The notes under the pieces: generated by a model
The model's input: only the letters and a program-made list of their open reading frames with translations
What the model was told of the DNA's origin: nothing
The model's database searches: none
Source of the DNA: Candidatus Eiseniibacteriota bacterium
GTDB taxonomy: Bacteria > Eisenbacteria > RBG-16-71-46 > CAZAMP01
Reading direction: 5' to 3'
DNA: 64,000 bases
Assembly (NCBI GenBank): GCA_965224245.1
Contig: OZ245046.1
Location: forward strand, 2,752,001 to 2,816,000
Translations under genes and position numbers: made by a program
Shown: positions 13,546 to 21,351 of the stretch, one piece after another
Numbering within the stretch: the first letter of the stretch is position 1
How the letters are laid out: each line of letters opens with the position of its first letter

Positions 13546-13574
13546 TGCTCACATGTTCAATGCTCAAATGTTCA
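13546..13574 (-). promoter_or_regulatory. Two tandem putative LexA (SOS) operators
   Basis: TGCTCACATGTTCA (13546-13559) and TGCTCAAATGTTCA (13561-13574), 22-50 nt upstream of the imuA start. Confidence 0.65.
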
Positions 13575-13639
13575 CTCACCGTATCGTCTTCCCCTCGTTG
13601 ACCTTCCCGTTCCCGGGGCGTACCGTGACTCTCACATCG

Positions 13640-13855
13640 TTCTCGGACAGGGAAGACGGTGAGAGACCGTCGCGGACCCGCCGCTGTGACCGGTGACGAC
13701 CCTCGCCCGGGCCCGTGGGGCCCGCCACTGTCGGTCGCGTCTCGTGTGCTCACCGCACGCGGGAACTCCGATGGGAAGGCGCGAGAGGGCGCACGACGCG
13801 CCGGCAGACTCGTCTGTCGTTCGATCGACCCGGAAGCCAGAAGACCTCCCGAGAG
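13640..13855 (+). ncRNA. Cobalamin (B12) riboswitch
   Basis: AGGGAA-gacggtGAGAgaccgtc, CCCGCCGCTGTGA, GCCACTG, GGGAAGG, B12 box AGCCAGAAGACC; P1 tctcgg/ccgaga; upstream of a TonB-dependent receptor. Confidence 0.9.
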
Positions 13856-13921
13856 CCCGTGACGACTCGCCGCGTCGGACCGCCCGATCGCGCGACGTTC
13901 ACGACGACCCAGGGCTCGGGG

Positions 13922-16090
13922 ATGGCCATGCGGGGTTCGTCTCGATTCGCATCCGCTCTCGTCCACCGACGATCGAAGATCGCACGATCGCAGATCGCAC
14001 GATCGCGGGTCACGGTCGTGGCGACGATCCTTTTCGGATCGCTGCCGGCGCCGGACGTTGCCGGACACGCCGCCACGAAGCCGGGTCCCGCCCCGGACGC
14101 ACGCCACGCGACGACGAGGCCCGACTCCACCGCGATCGACGGTATCCCTCGACCCATGGCCACGGCCGACACGGTCTCCGTCGTGCGGCGTCGTCTCGGC
14201 ACGACCACCGACCTCGACGGCGCGGGCGTCGGCGCCGTCCGCACCATCGACGACGCCGGCCACCGACTGCTCACGGTGTCCGGAATCCTCGACGAGATGC
14301 CCGGCGTTCGCATCCGGCGCTACGGCGGTCTCGGCGCGCTCGAGACCGTCTCCATCCGTGGCAGCTCCAGCCAGCAGGTGGAGGTGTATCTCGACGGTCT
14401 CCCGCTGAACTCGCCGCAATGGGGCGGTGCGAACCTGTCGGAGGTCGGCGTGGATCACCTGGAGCGCGTCGAGGTCTATCGGAGCGGCATTCCCGCGCGG
14501 TTCACGACCGCGGGGATCGGTGGCGTGGTGAACCTCGTGACCCGCCCTCCCGGCGCGACCGAGTGGCGGGTCGGGGCCGTCGGGGGCAGCCATGGGACGT
14601 GGAAGACCTCGATCACCGGCTCCGGCACGATCGCCGGTGTCGAGCACCGGCTCACCACGTACACCCTCCGATCGCGGGGGGACTTCGACTTCCGCAACAC
14701 CCAGAGCACGCCCCGCAATCCCGACGACGACACGATCGCCCCCCGGAGCAACAACGACCTCGCCGAGCACGGTCTCCTGGTGCGGCTCCGGGCACCGCTC
14801 CTCGGCGGTCACGTCTCGCTGCGCGACGAGTGGTTCCTCCGGGAGGCAGGCAATCCGGGCCGGCGCCACATCGAGTTCGAGAACGCCCGGGTCGAGAACC
14901 GCCGGCACGGACTGGCGGCGGGGATCGAGCTCCCCCGGGCGCTCGGAGATCGGGTCGCGACCGAGCTCGAGGCGTACACCCTGTACCGGCGAGATCGGTA
15001 CCGGCCGGGCGGGGAGATCGCGTTGCCGCGCTACGACTCGACACACCGGACGCGAACGCGCGGCCTCAAGGGCATCGTGTCGGTGACCGGTCCACGCACG
15101 GTGGATCGGATCACGCTGGCCCTCGACTCGCACCGCGATCGCTTCGAGCCGGTCGAGGAGCGGGATCCGCCGCGCGAGGGCTTCCGCCGGGAACGACGCA
15201 CGTTCACCGCGTCCGCCGGCGCCGACGTCGCGTTGATCCCCTCGCGCGCGTGGACCGCTCTCGGCTACCGCTACCGGGAGAGCGAGGACAACTTCTTCGG
15301 TCCGGCCCCGTTCGGCCGACCGCCGGAGGCTCGCCCCGACCCTCACTGGTCGACGTTTCACGGACCGAGCGCCGGCGCGCGGGTGACGCTCGCGAGCGGG
15401 GTGACGCTCAGGGCGAACATCGCCGAGTACGTGCGGCCTCCGACGCTGTTCGAGCTCTTCGGAACCGGGGACGACGTGGCCGCCAACACCGAGCTCGTGC
15501 CCGAGCACGGATCGACTCGCGACCTCGGCTGCCGGGCCGAGTTCGGGGGACACGGATGGATCGAGCTGACCGTGTTCCGGGCGGATCGCGACTCGCTGAT
15601 CTTCTTCCGGGAGAACGGCGTCCGGGGCATCAAGGCCGAGAACCTGGAATCGGCGCGCGCCGAGGGGCTGGAGCTCTCCGGAGAGCTCCGGTGGCGAGAT
15701 CGGCTCCGTCTGGAATCGACGTTCGTCACCCAGGACGTGCGCCTGCACGGCCGGCGTCCGCACTGGGAGGGGCGGTGGATGCCTCACGTCTCGCCGCGCG
15801 AGCTGTTCGCGCGGATCTCGATCGTGTTCGGGGCGCTGGTCCTGAGGACCTCCGTCGACGCCGTCGACGGGTACTACGTGGACCCGGCCAATCTTCCCGA
15901 GCAGCGCATCGACGGGCGCGCGATCGGGGCGATCGGGGCCACGTGGCACGCCCCCGGACAGGTGACGGTGAGCCTGGACGTGGAGAACGTGACCGACGCG
16001 GACTACTGGGACACGTACTTCCGCCCGATGCCGGGCCGCAGCGTGTTCCTGGGCGTTCAGATGGAGCTGCCGGGGCCGTTCGGCCACTAG
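13922..16090 (+). CDS. btuB: TonB-dependent receptor, probable cobalamin transporter (BtuB-like)
   Basis: Plug motif PGV.IRRYGGLG...VSIRGSSSQQVEVYLDGLPLN, ERVEVYR; C-terminal VENVTDADY..PMPGRSVFLGV; B12 riboswitch upstream; start uncertain. Confidence 0.8.
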   Translation: MAMRGSSRFASALVHRRSKIARSQIARSRVTVVATILFGSLPAPDVAGHAATKPGPAPDARHATTRPDSTAIDGIPRPMATADTVSVVRRRLGTTTDLDGAGVGAVRTIDDAGHRLLTVSGILDEMPGVRIRRYGGLGALETVSIRGSSSQQVEVYLDGLPLNSPQWGGANLSEVGVDHLERVEVYRSGIPARFTTAGIGGVVNLVTRPPGATEWRVGAVGGSHGTWKTSITGSGTIAGVEHRLTTYTLRSRGDFDFRNTQSTPRNPDDDTIAPRSNNDLAEHGLLVRLRAPLLGGHVSLRDEWFLREAGNPGRRHIEFENARVENRRHGLAAGIELPRALGDRVATELEAYTLYRRDRYRPGGEIALPRYDSTHRTRTRGLKGIVSVTGPRTVDRITLALDSHRDRFEPVEERDPPREGFRRERRTFTASAGADVALIPSRAWTALGYRYRESEDNFFGPAPFGRPPEARPDPHWSTFHGPSAGARVTLASGVTLRANIAEYVRPPTLFELFGTGDDVAANTELVPEHGSTRDLGCRAEFGGHGWIELTVFRADRDSLIFFRENGVRGIKAENLESARAEGLELSGELRWRDRLRLESTFVTQDVRLHGRRPHWEGRWMPHVSPRELFARISIVFGALVLRTSVDAVDGYYVDPANLPEQRIDGRAIGAIGATWHAPGQVTVSLDVENVTDADYWDTYFRPMPGRSVFLGVQMELPGPFGH

Positions 16091-16193
16091 GCGGCGCCAC
16101 GGCGACGGGCTGGCCGTGGACCCCGGTCGTTCGCTACCATTCCGGGTCGTTCCGTCACGGTCACCCCTCACCTCGAGCCATGGGGCAAGTCGC

Positions 16194-16946
16194 ATGTTTC
16201 GTCAGCACGATCTCGTTCCGAGCGACGCGATGGGACGCCGCATCCACTGCTGGCGATTCGGACACTTTGGTCCGCCGATGGTCGTGTTCCCGTCGGCGTC
16301 GGGCATGGCGCACGAGTGGGACGCTCACGGCATGATCGAGGCGCTGGGTGACTTCCTGGAGGCGGGACGGCTCAAGCTCTACTGTCTCGAGAGCAACGTG
16401 GCCGAGGCGTGGACACGACGCGAGGGAGACCCGGCCTGGCGGATCCGGCGTCACATGGCCTACGAGCAGTTCGTGGCCCGGGAGTTCGTGCCGCTCGTCC
16501 GGAAGGACTGCGAGACCGACGACATCCCGATCGGCGTCACCGGCGTCAGCATGGGGGCCCTGTTCGCGGCGAACTTCGCGCTGAAGTTCCCCGCCGTGTT
16601 CCGCTACGCGTTGTGTCTGAGCGGCCGCTACGACGCGACCCACTTCACCGGAGGGTTCTCCAACAACGACGTCTACTTCAACAACCCCGTCGCCTACGTT
16701 CCGAACCTGAACGGCGAGCTGCTGGACGCCGTCCGGGCGCACGTGCACCTCTCGCTGGTCTGCGGACAGGGCAAGTGGGAGGACGGCAACATCGAAGACA
16801 CCCACCGGATGGCGGACATCCTCGCGTCCAAGGGCATCAGCCACGATCGCGACATCTGGGGACACGACGTGGCCCACGAGTGGGTCTGGTGGCGACGCCA
16901 GGCCCGCTTTCACCTGTCCAGACGATGGGTCGGCCAGCCCTCCTGA
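16194..16946 (+). CDS. Alpha/beta-hydrolase esterase family protein
   Basis: FGHFGPP..VFP, GVSMG nucleophile elbow, LSGRYD, WGHDVAHEW.WW. Confidence 0.85.
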   Translation: MFRQHDLVPSDAMGRRIHCWRFGHFGPPMVVFPSASGMAHEWDAHGMIEALGDFLEAGRLKLYCLESNVAEAWTRREGDPAWRIRRHMAYEQFVAREFVPLVRKDCETDDIPIGVTGVSMGALFAANFALKFPAVFRYALCLSGRYDATHFTGGFSNNDVYFNNPVAYVPNLNGELLDAVRAHVHLSLVCGQGKWEDGNIEDTHRMADILASKGISHDRDIWGHDVAHEWVWWRRQARFHLSRRWVGQPS

Positions 16947-17016
16947 CCGGTTTGCTCTAAGGTTCACGCGCGCCGATCTCGATCATCGAAGAGACGTGAT
17001 CGATCGGAGGACCTCC

Positions 17017-18054
17017 ATGGACGACGCGACGCGGATCGACGCCGACCCCGCCCTGGGACCGTGCGAGCAGGCCGAGACCATCCTCGGGCTCATGCTGTCG
17101 AGGTGGGACGTTCCGGCCGGCATCGTGTACGGCGGTCCGGGCGGCATCCTCCGACGCATGGCGATGATCGGCGCCGACGACTCCGAGGACGTCCCCGCCG
17201 TGCTGGACGTGAGCCAGGGTCCGGTGGCGCGTGCGATCACGTCGCAGGCCCCCGTCCTGATCGTGCCGGAGAACGACGGCCTCGACTGGATCCGCGTGTC
17301 CACGCCGCTGGGGACGCTGCGCCCGCGCGCCCTCGCCATCGTCCCCCTGTGCTGGGACACGCGCGTGATCGGCCTCGTGGTGGCCGCCGCGGGCTCGGCG
17401 GAGCAGCAGGCGCGCATCTCCGAGCTCACGCTCCCCTCGGCCGCCCTGGCCATCGTGCTCGAGAACGCGATCCTGCGTGATCAGCTCTCGCGCCTCTCGA
17501 CACTCGACGAGCTGACGGGCACCTGGAATCGCCGGTTCGGCGAGCGCCACCTCGACGAGCAGTTCGCGGTGGCCGAGCGGCACCGCCTGCCGATCAGCGT
17601 GGTTCTCCTCACCGCGACGACCGCCGCGGACGTGACCGGCGATGCCGCGACGTCGAGGCGCCCGGCCGGGTCCGACGCGTTCGAGGCCCAGATCGGCGAG
17701 CGGCTCCTCCAGAACCTCCGCTCCGGTGACGTGGCATTCCGACTGGAGTCGGACGTGTTCGCGATCGTGTCGTCGGGCACCGCTCCCAGCGACCTCGAGC
17801 TCATGGCCGAGCGTCTGGAACGCATCATCGCGCGCCACCCCGTGCTGGTCCGCGGACGGCGGATCGAGCCGCGGGTAAACCTCGGGATCGCGACCTGGCC
17901 GACCGTCCCGGTGTCCAACGGGAGCGATCTCGTCCTGCGGGCACGGCTCGCGCTTCGCGAGGCGGCACGCATGGGCCCGGGACGCATCGCCGTTCACGAC
18001 CAGCGCGACATCTCGGTGCTGCGCATCGATCCGGACGCCCGGCGCGCCGCATAG
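17017..18054 (+). CDS. GAF + degenerate GGDEF domain protein
   Basis: GGAGG RBS; DELTGTWNRR, RSGD I-site, RLESDVF in place of GGDEF, NLGIA. Confidence 0.8.
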   Translation: MDDATRIDADPALGPCEQAETILGLMLSRWDVPAGIVYGGPGGILRRMAMIGADDSEDVPAVLDVSQGPVARAITSQAPVLIVPENDGLDWIRVSTPLGTLRPRALAIVPLCWDTRVIGLVVAAAGSAEQQARISELTLPSAALAIVLENAILRDQLSRLSTLDELTGTWNRRFGERHLDEQFAVAERHRLPISVVLLTATTAADVTGDAATSRRPAGSDAFEAQIGERLLQNLRSGDVAFRLESDVFAIVSSGTAPSDLELMAERLERIIARHPVLVRGRRIEPRVNLGIATWPTVPVSNGSDLVLRARLALREAARMGPGRIAVHDQRDISVLRIDPDARRAA

Positions 18055-18106
18055 TCCGGCGCACCGGCGGGCCCCTCGTCATCGGGCCGCGCGCCCGCGG
18101 CGCCGT

Positions 18107-18808
18107 CTACCCGGCGAGCAGTTCGCGGAACCGCTCGGCCAGCGCGGGCCCCGCTCCCTCGTCCTCGTGCTTGAAGAACACGTAGGCGTCGTCCCATCCG
18201 GACTCGCGAACGAGCGAGGCCCACGTCGCCAGATCGGCGTCGGTGTAGTCCTGGCGACGCAGCCGCAGATAGCCGAAGTCGGCGGTGGAGATGATCGCCG
18301 GCTCCTCGTCGCCAACGTCCGCGCTGCACCAGGCGCATCCTTTCTCCGAGAGCGTGCGGTGAACCTCGGCGGTGTTCCACGAGTCGTGCCGGAACTCGAA
18401 CGCGGCCCGCGGCGCGGGCGGAAGCCACTCCAGAAAGGCTTGGAGCCGCTCGAGGTCGGCGCGCAGGAACGGCGGAAGCTGGAACAGGATCGGCCCGCGC
18501 TTGGGTCCCAGCACCTCGAGCGTCTCGTACAGGTAAGCGAGCGCGTCCCGGCAGCTCTCCGCGAGCCGGGACATGTGCGTGATCCGGCGCGATGCCTTGA
18601 TCACGAAGCGGAAGTCGTCGGGTACGTCGGCCGCCCACTTCTCGAGCACCGACGGTCGGGGAAGCCGGTAGAACGTGTTGTTGATCTCGACCGACGGAAG
18701 GCGGGACGCGTAGTACGCGAGCATTCCCGCGGTCGCGAGATCCTCGGGATAGAAGTGGCCTCTCCACTCGGTGTACTGGTAACCGCTGGTTCCGACGTAG
18801 AGTGTCAT
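18107..18808 (-). CDS. DUF72 family protein
   Basis: YVGTSGY.Y..W.G.FYP, VEINNTFYRLP, LFQLPP, EFRH.SW, YLRL. Confidence 0.9.
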   Translation of the reverse strand: MTLYVGTSGYQYTEWRGHFYPEDLATAGMLAYYASRLPSVEINNTFYRLPRPSVLEKWAADVPDDFRFVIKASRRITHMSRLAESCRDALAYLYETLEVLGPKRGPILFQLPPFLRADLERLQAFLEWLPPAPRAAFEFRHDSWNTAEVHRTLSEKGCAWCSADVGDEEPAIISTADFGYLRLRRQDYTDADLATWASLVRESGWDDAYVFFKHEDEGAGPALAERFRELLAG

Positions 18809-18842
18809 GTCGCCGCCCGCGTGTCGGTCCTGGGCCGGGTGA

Positions 18843-19916
18843 TCAGGGGTCGGAGTCTAGCACGGGGCTGAGCGACGCCGTCCCGTCGTCCGCGTCGAGC
18901 GTGGCGTGCACGCCCGTCCGATCCACCACCACCACGTCGACCCCGACGAGCGCGCGCGCCAGCTCGAGCGTCGCGTCGCGTCCCATCACGAAGAACCCGG
19001 TGGCGAGCGCATCGGCCATCGCGGCATCCCGGGTGAGCACGGTGACCGAACCGTCGAACTCGGGCGGAAACCCGGTGCGGGGATCCAGGATGTGACCGAT
19101 CGGAGTGGCCCCGGCCGGTGACGCGCGCAGGTAGTTGCCCGAGGTGGCCACTGCGCTCTCGCCGACCGTCAGCACGGCCACCGTGCGCGACGGCGCGTAG
19201 GGGTCGGTCACGAGAAGGGTCCGGCGCCCGTCGGTCTCACCGCCGATCGTGCGGAGGTCTCCGCCGATGTTCACGATCACGTCGGTGAGTCCGTGCGCCA
19301 CGAGCTCGGCGAAGACGGCGTCGATGATCCAGCCCTTCGCGACGCCCGCGACGCCGATCTCGGTGCGCGGGTCGCGGAACGCGATCCCATCCGCGATGAC
19401 GACGTTCCGGTAGTCGACCGCGCCGAGGACGCTCGCGACCTCCGCGGTCGATGCCGCACGTCCCACGGCCCGGGCCGCGCTCCACACCGCGTCGAGGGGC
19501 TTCCACGTCACGTCGAACGCGCCCTCGGTCAGCTCCGACACGCGCCTGGACCCCTCGAGCAGCGTCCGCACGTCGGACGAGACCGGCACCGGCCGGCGAC
19601 CGGCGTTGGCGTTGATGAACGAGATCTCGCTGTCGGGGATCCACTCCGAGAAGCGCGATTCCAGCGCGCGCACGAGGTCGCGTGCGTCTCCCACGACCGC
19701 GTCGGCGTCGATCGCGGCGTCGCCGTCGGCCAGCCGGGGAACGACGATGCGAACCTCGTACGTCGTTCCCAGCTCCTCGCCCCGATCGACGATGACCTCG
19801 ACGTCGCCGTAGTCGGTGTGCGTGATCGCGCCCCCCGACGGCGTCGATCCCCCGAGCGCCAGCGTGAGCGCTCCCGTCAGGCCGAGAGCGGCCGGTCGCC
19901 CGATCCACTCCGTCAC
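18843..19916 (-). CDS. apbE: FAD:protein FMN transferase (ApbE)
   Basis: SEISFINANAG, TEGAFDVT, GVAKGW, VNIGGDL, ATSGNY, HILDPRTG, ADALAT; GTG overlaps the upstream stop. Confidence 0.9.
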   Translation of the reverse strand: MTEWIGRPAALGLTGALTLALGGSTPSGGAITHTDYGDVEVIVDRGEELGTTYEVRIVVPRLADGDAAIDADAVVGDARDLVRALESRFSEWIPDSEISFINANAGRRPVPVSSDVRTLLEGSRRVSELTEGAFDVTWKPLDAVWSAARAVGRAASTAEVASVLGAVDYRNVVIADGIAFRDPRTEIGVAGVAKGWIIDAVFAELVAHGLTDVIVNIGGDLRTIGGETDGRRTLLVTDPYAPSRTVAVLTVGESAVATSGNYLRASPAGATPIGHILDPRTGFPPEFDGSVTVLTRDAAMADALATGFFVMGRDATLELARALVGVDVVVVDRTGVHATLDADDGTASLSPVLDSDP

Positions 19917-21103
19917 CACGGCACCTCCATGCCGAGGCTGCCTCCGGCCACGCGGAGCCCATCGGTGCGATCCAGACCGAACGCGGACAGCTTCACCCGC
20001 GGCGGGCGCGTCCACCGGTTGCCGATGGCCACGTCGACCGAGATCCCGCCCCCGTTCGTACGAAACGACCCGAGATCGGAGTCCTGCGTCCGATACGCCG
20101 CCGGCCGCTCGGCCGTGCTGTCCACGTAGCGAGCGCCGGACTGATCCGAGTGCCGCACCCAGCCGCGGAGGACCACGCGACCGAGGCGAGCCGAGACGCT
20201 GGGCTCGACGGCCACGTGCCCGAGATCCCACGAATCGGTGTAGGTGCTGGCGTCCAGCCCGACGAACGTGCTTCGGCTCAGCGAGAGCCTGACGCGGGCG
20301 TTGAGCTGCACACGATCCCGACGCCGCGGGAGGCGCTCGTCCTCGATGTCCACCGGGATCCCGTCCTCGAAACGCACGACGTAGTTGTACGGATCCGACA
20401 GGAGCCCGATCTCGCGCGTGAGCTGCAGGCTGACGTTCGTGACGGCGCGCGGCGAGATCGTCTGCGCCCAGCCGAGCACGAGGTTCGACGACGCGCGATG
20501 CGAGCGTCCCCGCGTGGTGAAGTCCCAGTACTGGAGCTTCGGGAACGCGACCCGGACGCGCCAGGATGCGCTGAGCGACGTGTCGCCACCGTTCGGTCGA
20601 TGCACGACGTCGAGATCGATGCCGCCGACGATGTACCCGTACTGATGGTGATAGAAGAGCCCGGGGCTCACGGTCCACCGACCGTCGGCGCTGTCCACGT
20701 CGAGCGCGAGCCCGGCGTCGAGCGTCAGGAGCTCTGCCGAGGCCGACGTCACGTTCACCGCCCCGATGGTCGCCGGCAACGTCTCCGGCGGATCGTTGTC
20801 GATCCATCCCAGAGACGCGTTCGCACGCAGCGCGCGCCCGGCGCCGGTGGGGAGCGTCAGGCTCGCCCGCGCGCCACCATACACGAAGCCCTCGGCCTTG
20901 AGCCGCTGACCGGGATCGTCGTCCTGGGAGAACGCGAACACATCGAACGTCGCGGCCCGCTCGATCGGCGCCTGCGCGCCGGCAACGGACGCGATCATCA
21001 AGAGGGCGGTCTCCCAGACGAGCCACCGCAGGAGCCGCCGCGGCCGGACGTCGCGGGATCGGGAGTCGACGGACCGGCGTTCGCGCCGGTCCCGATCGGT
21101 CAC
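19913..21103 (-). CDS. DUF3570-like outer-membrane beta-barrel protein
   Basis: GLLSDPY, ERLPRRRDR, YTDSW, D.DLGSF motifs; alternating beta pattern, terminal Trp; between DUF4266 and apbE. Confidence 0.75.
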   Translation of the reverse strand: MTDRDRRERRSVDSRSRDVRPRRLLRWLVWETALLMIASVAGAQAPIERAATFDVFAFSQDDDPGQRLKAEGFVYGGARASLTLPTGAGRALRANASLGWIDNDPPETLPATIGAVNVTSASAELLTLDAGLALDVDSADGRWTVSPGLFYHHQYGYIVGGIDLDVVHRPNGGDTSLSASWRVRVAFPKLQYWDFTTRGRSHRASSNLVLGWAQTISPRAVTNVSLQLTREIGLLSDPYNYVVRFEDGIPVDIEDERLPRRRDRVQLNARVRLSLSRSTFVGLDASTYTDSWDLGHVAVEPSVSARLGRVVLRGWVRHSDQSGARYVDSTAERPAAYRTQDSDLGSFRTNGGGISVDVAIGNRWTRPPRVKLSAFGLDRTDGLRVAGGSLGMEVPW

Positions 21104-21351
21104 TGACACCCGCATCCGCCGGCCGTGCTGGTCCCGAACCCGCCGAGGTGCCCCTCGCGCGCCGCCTCGACCTTCGTGCGTAGATACATGAGGGTCGGGT
21201 CGGCGTCGAACTGCATCAGCTCGTCGGCGATCCGGTCGCGTTCGGCGATCTGCGTCGTCGCGCATCCGATCGCCATGGCGGCGGCGGCGATCCCCAGCGC
21301 GAGAGCGAGGGCGCGCGAGACCCGACGAACTCCTCGAGGCGCCGTGCTCAT
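21100..21351 (-). CDS. DUF4266 family lipoprotein
   Basis: Lipobox-like AIGC; LMQFD.DP..AREG..GGFG..GGCGCQ C-terminus. Confidence 0.85.
   Translation of the reverse strand: MSTAPRGVRRVSRALALALGIAAAAMAIGCATTQIAERDRIADELMQFDADPTLMYLRTKVEAAREGHLGGFGTSTAGGCGCQ

Noticed and set aside
12743-16335. Long ORFs 12743-16195(-) and 13693-16335(+), and similar long shadow ORFs elsewhere (e.g. 41292-44471, 23161-25683, 58574-61258)
   Set aside because: Antisense or alternate-frame shadows of well-supported genes; Arg/Pro/Gly-rich with no motifs, as expected in high-GC DNA
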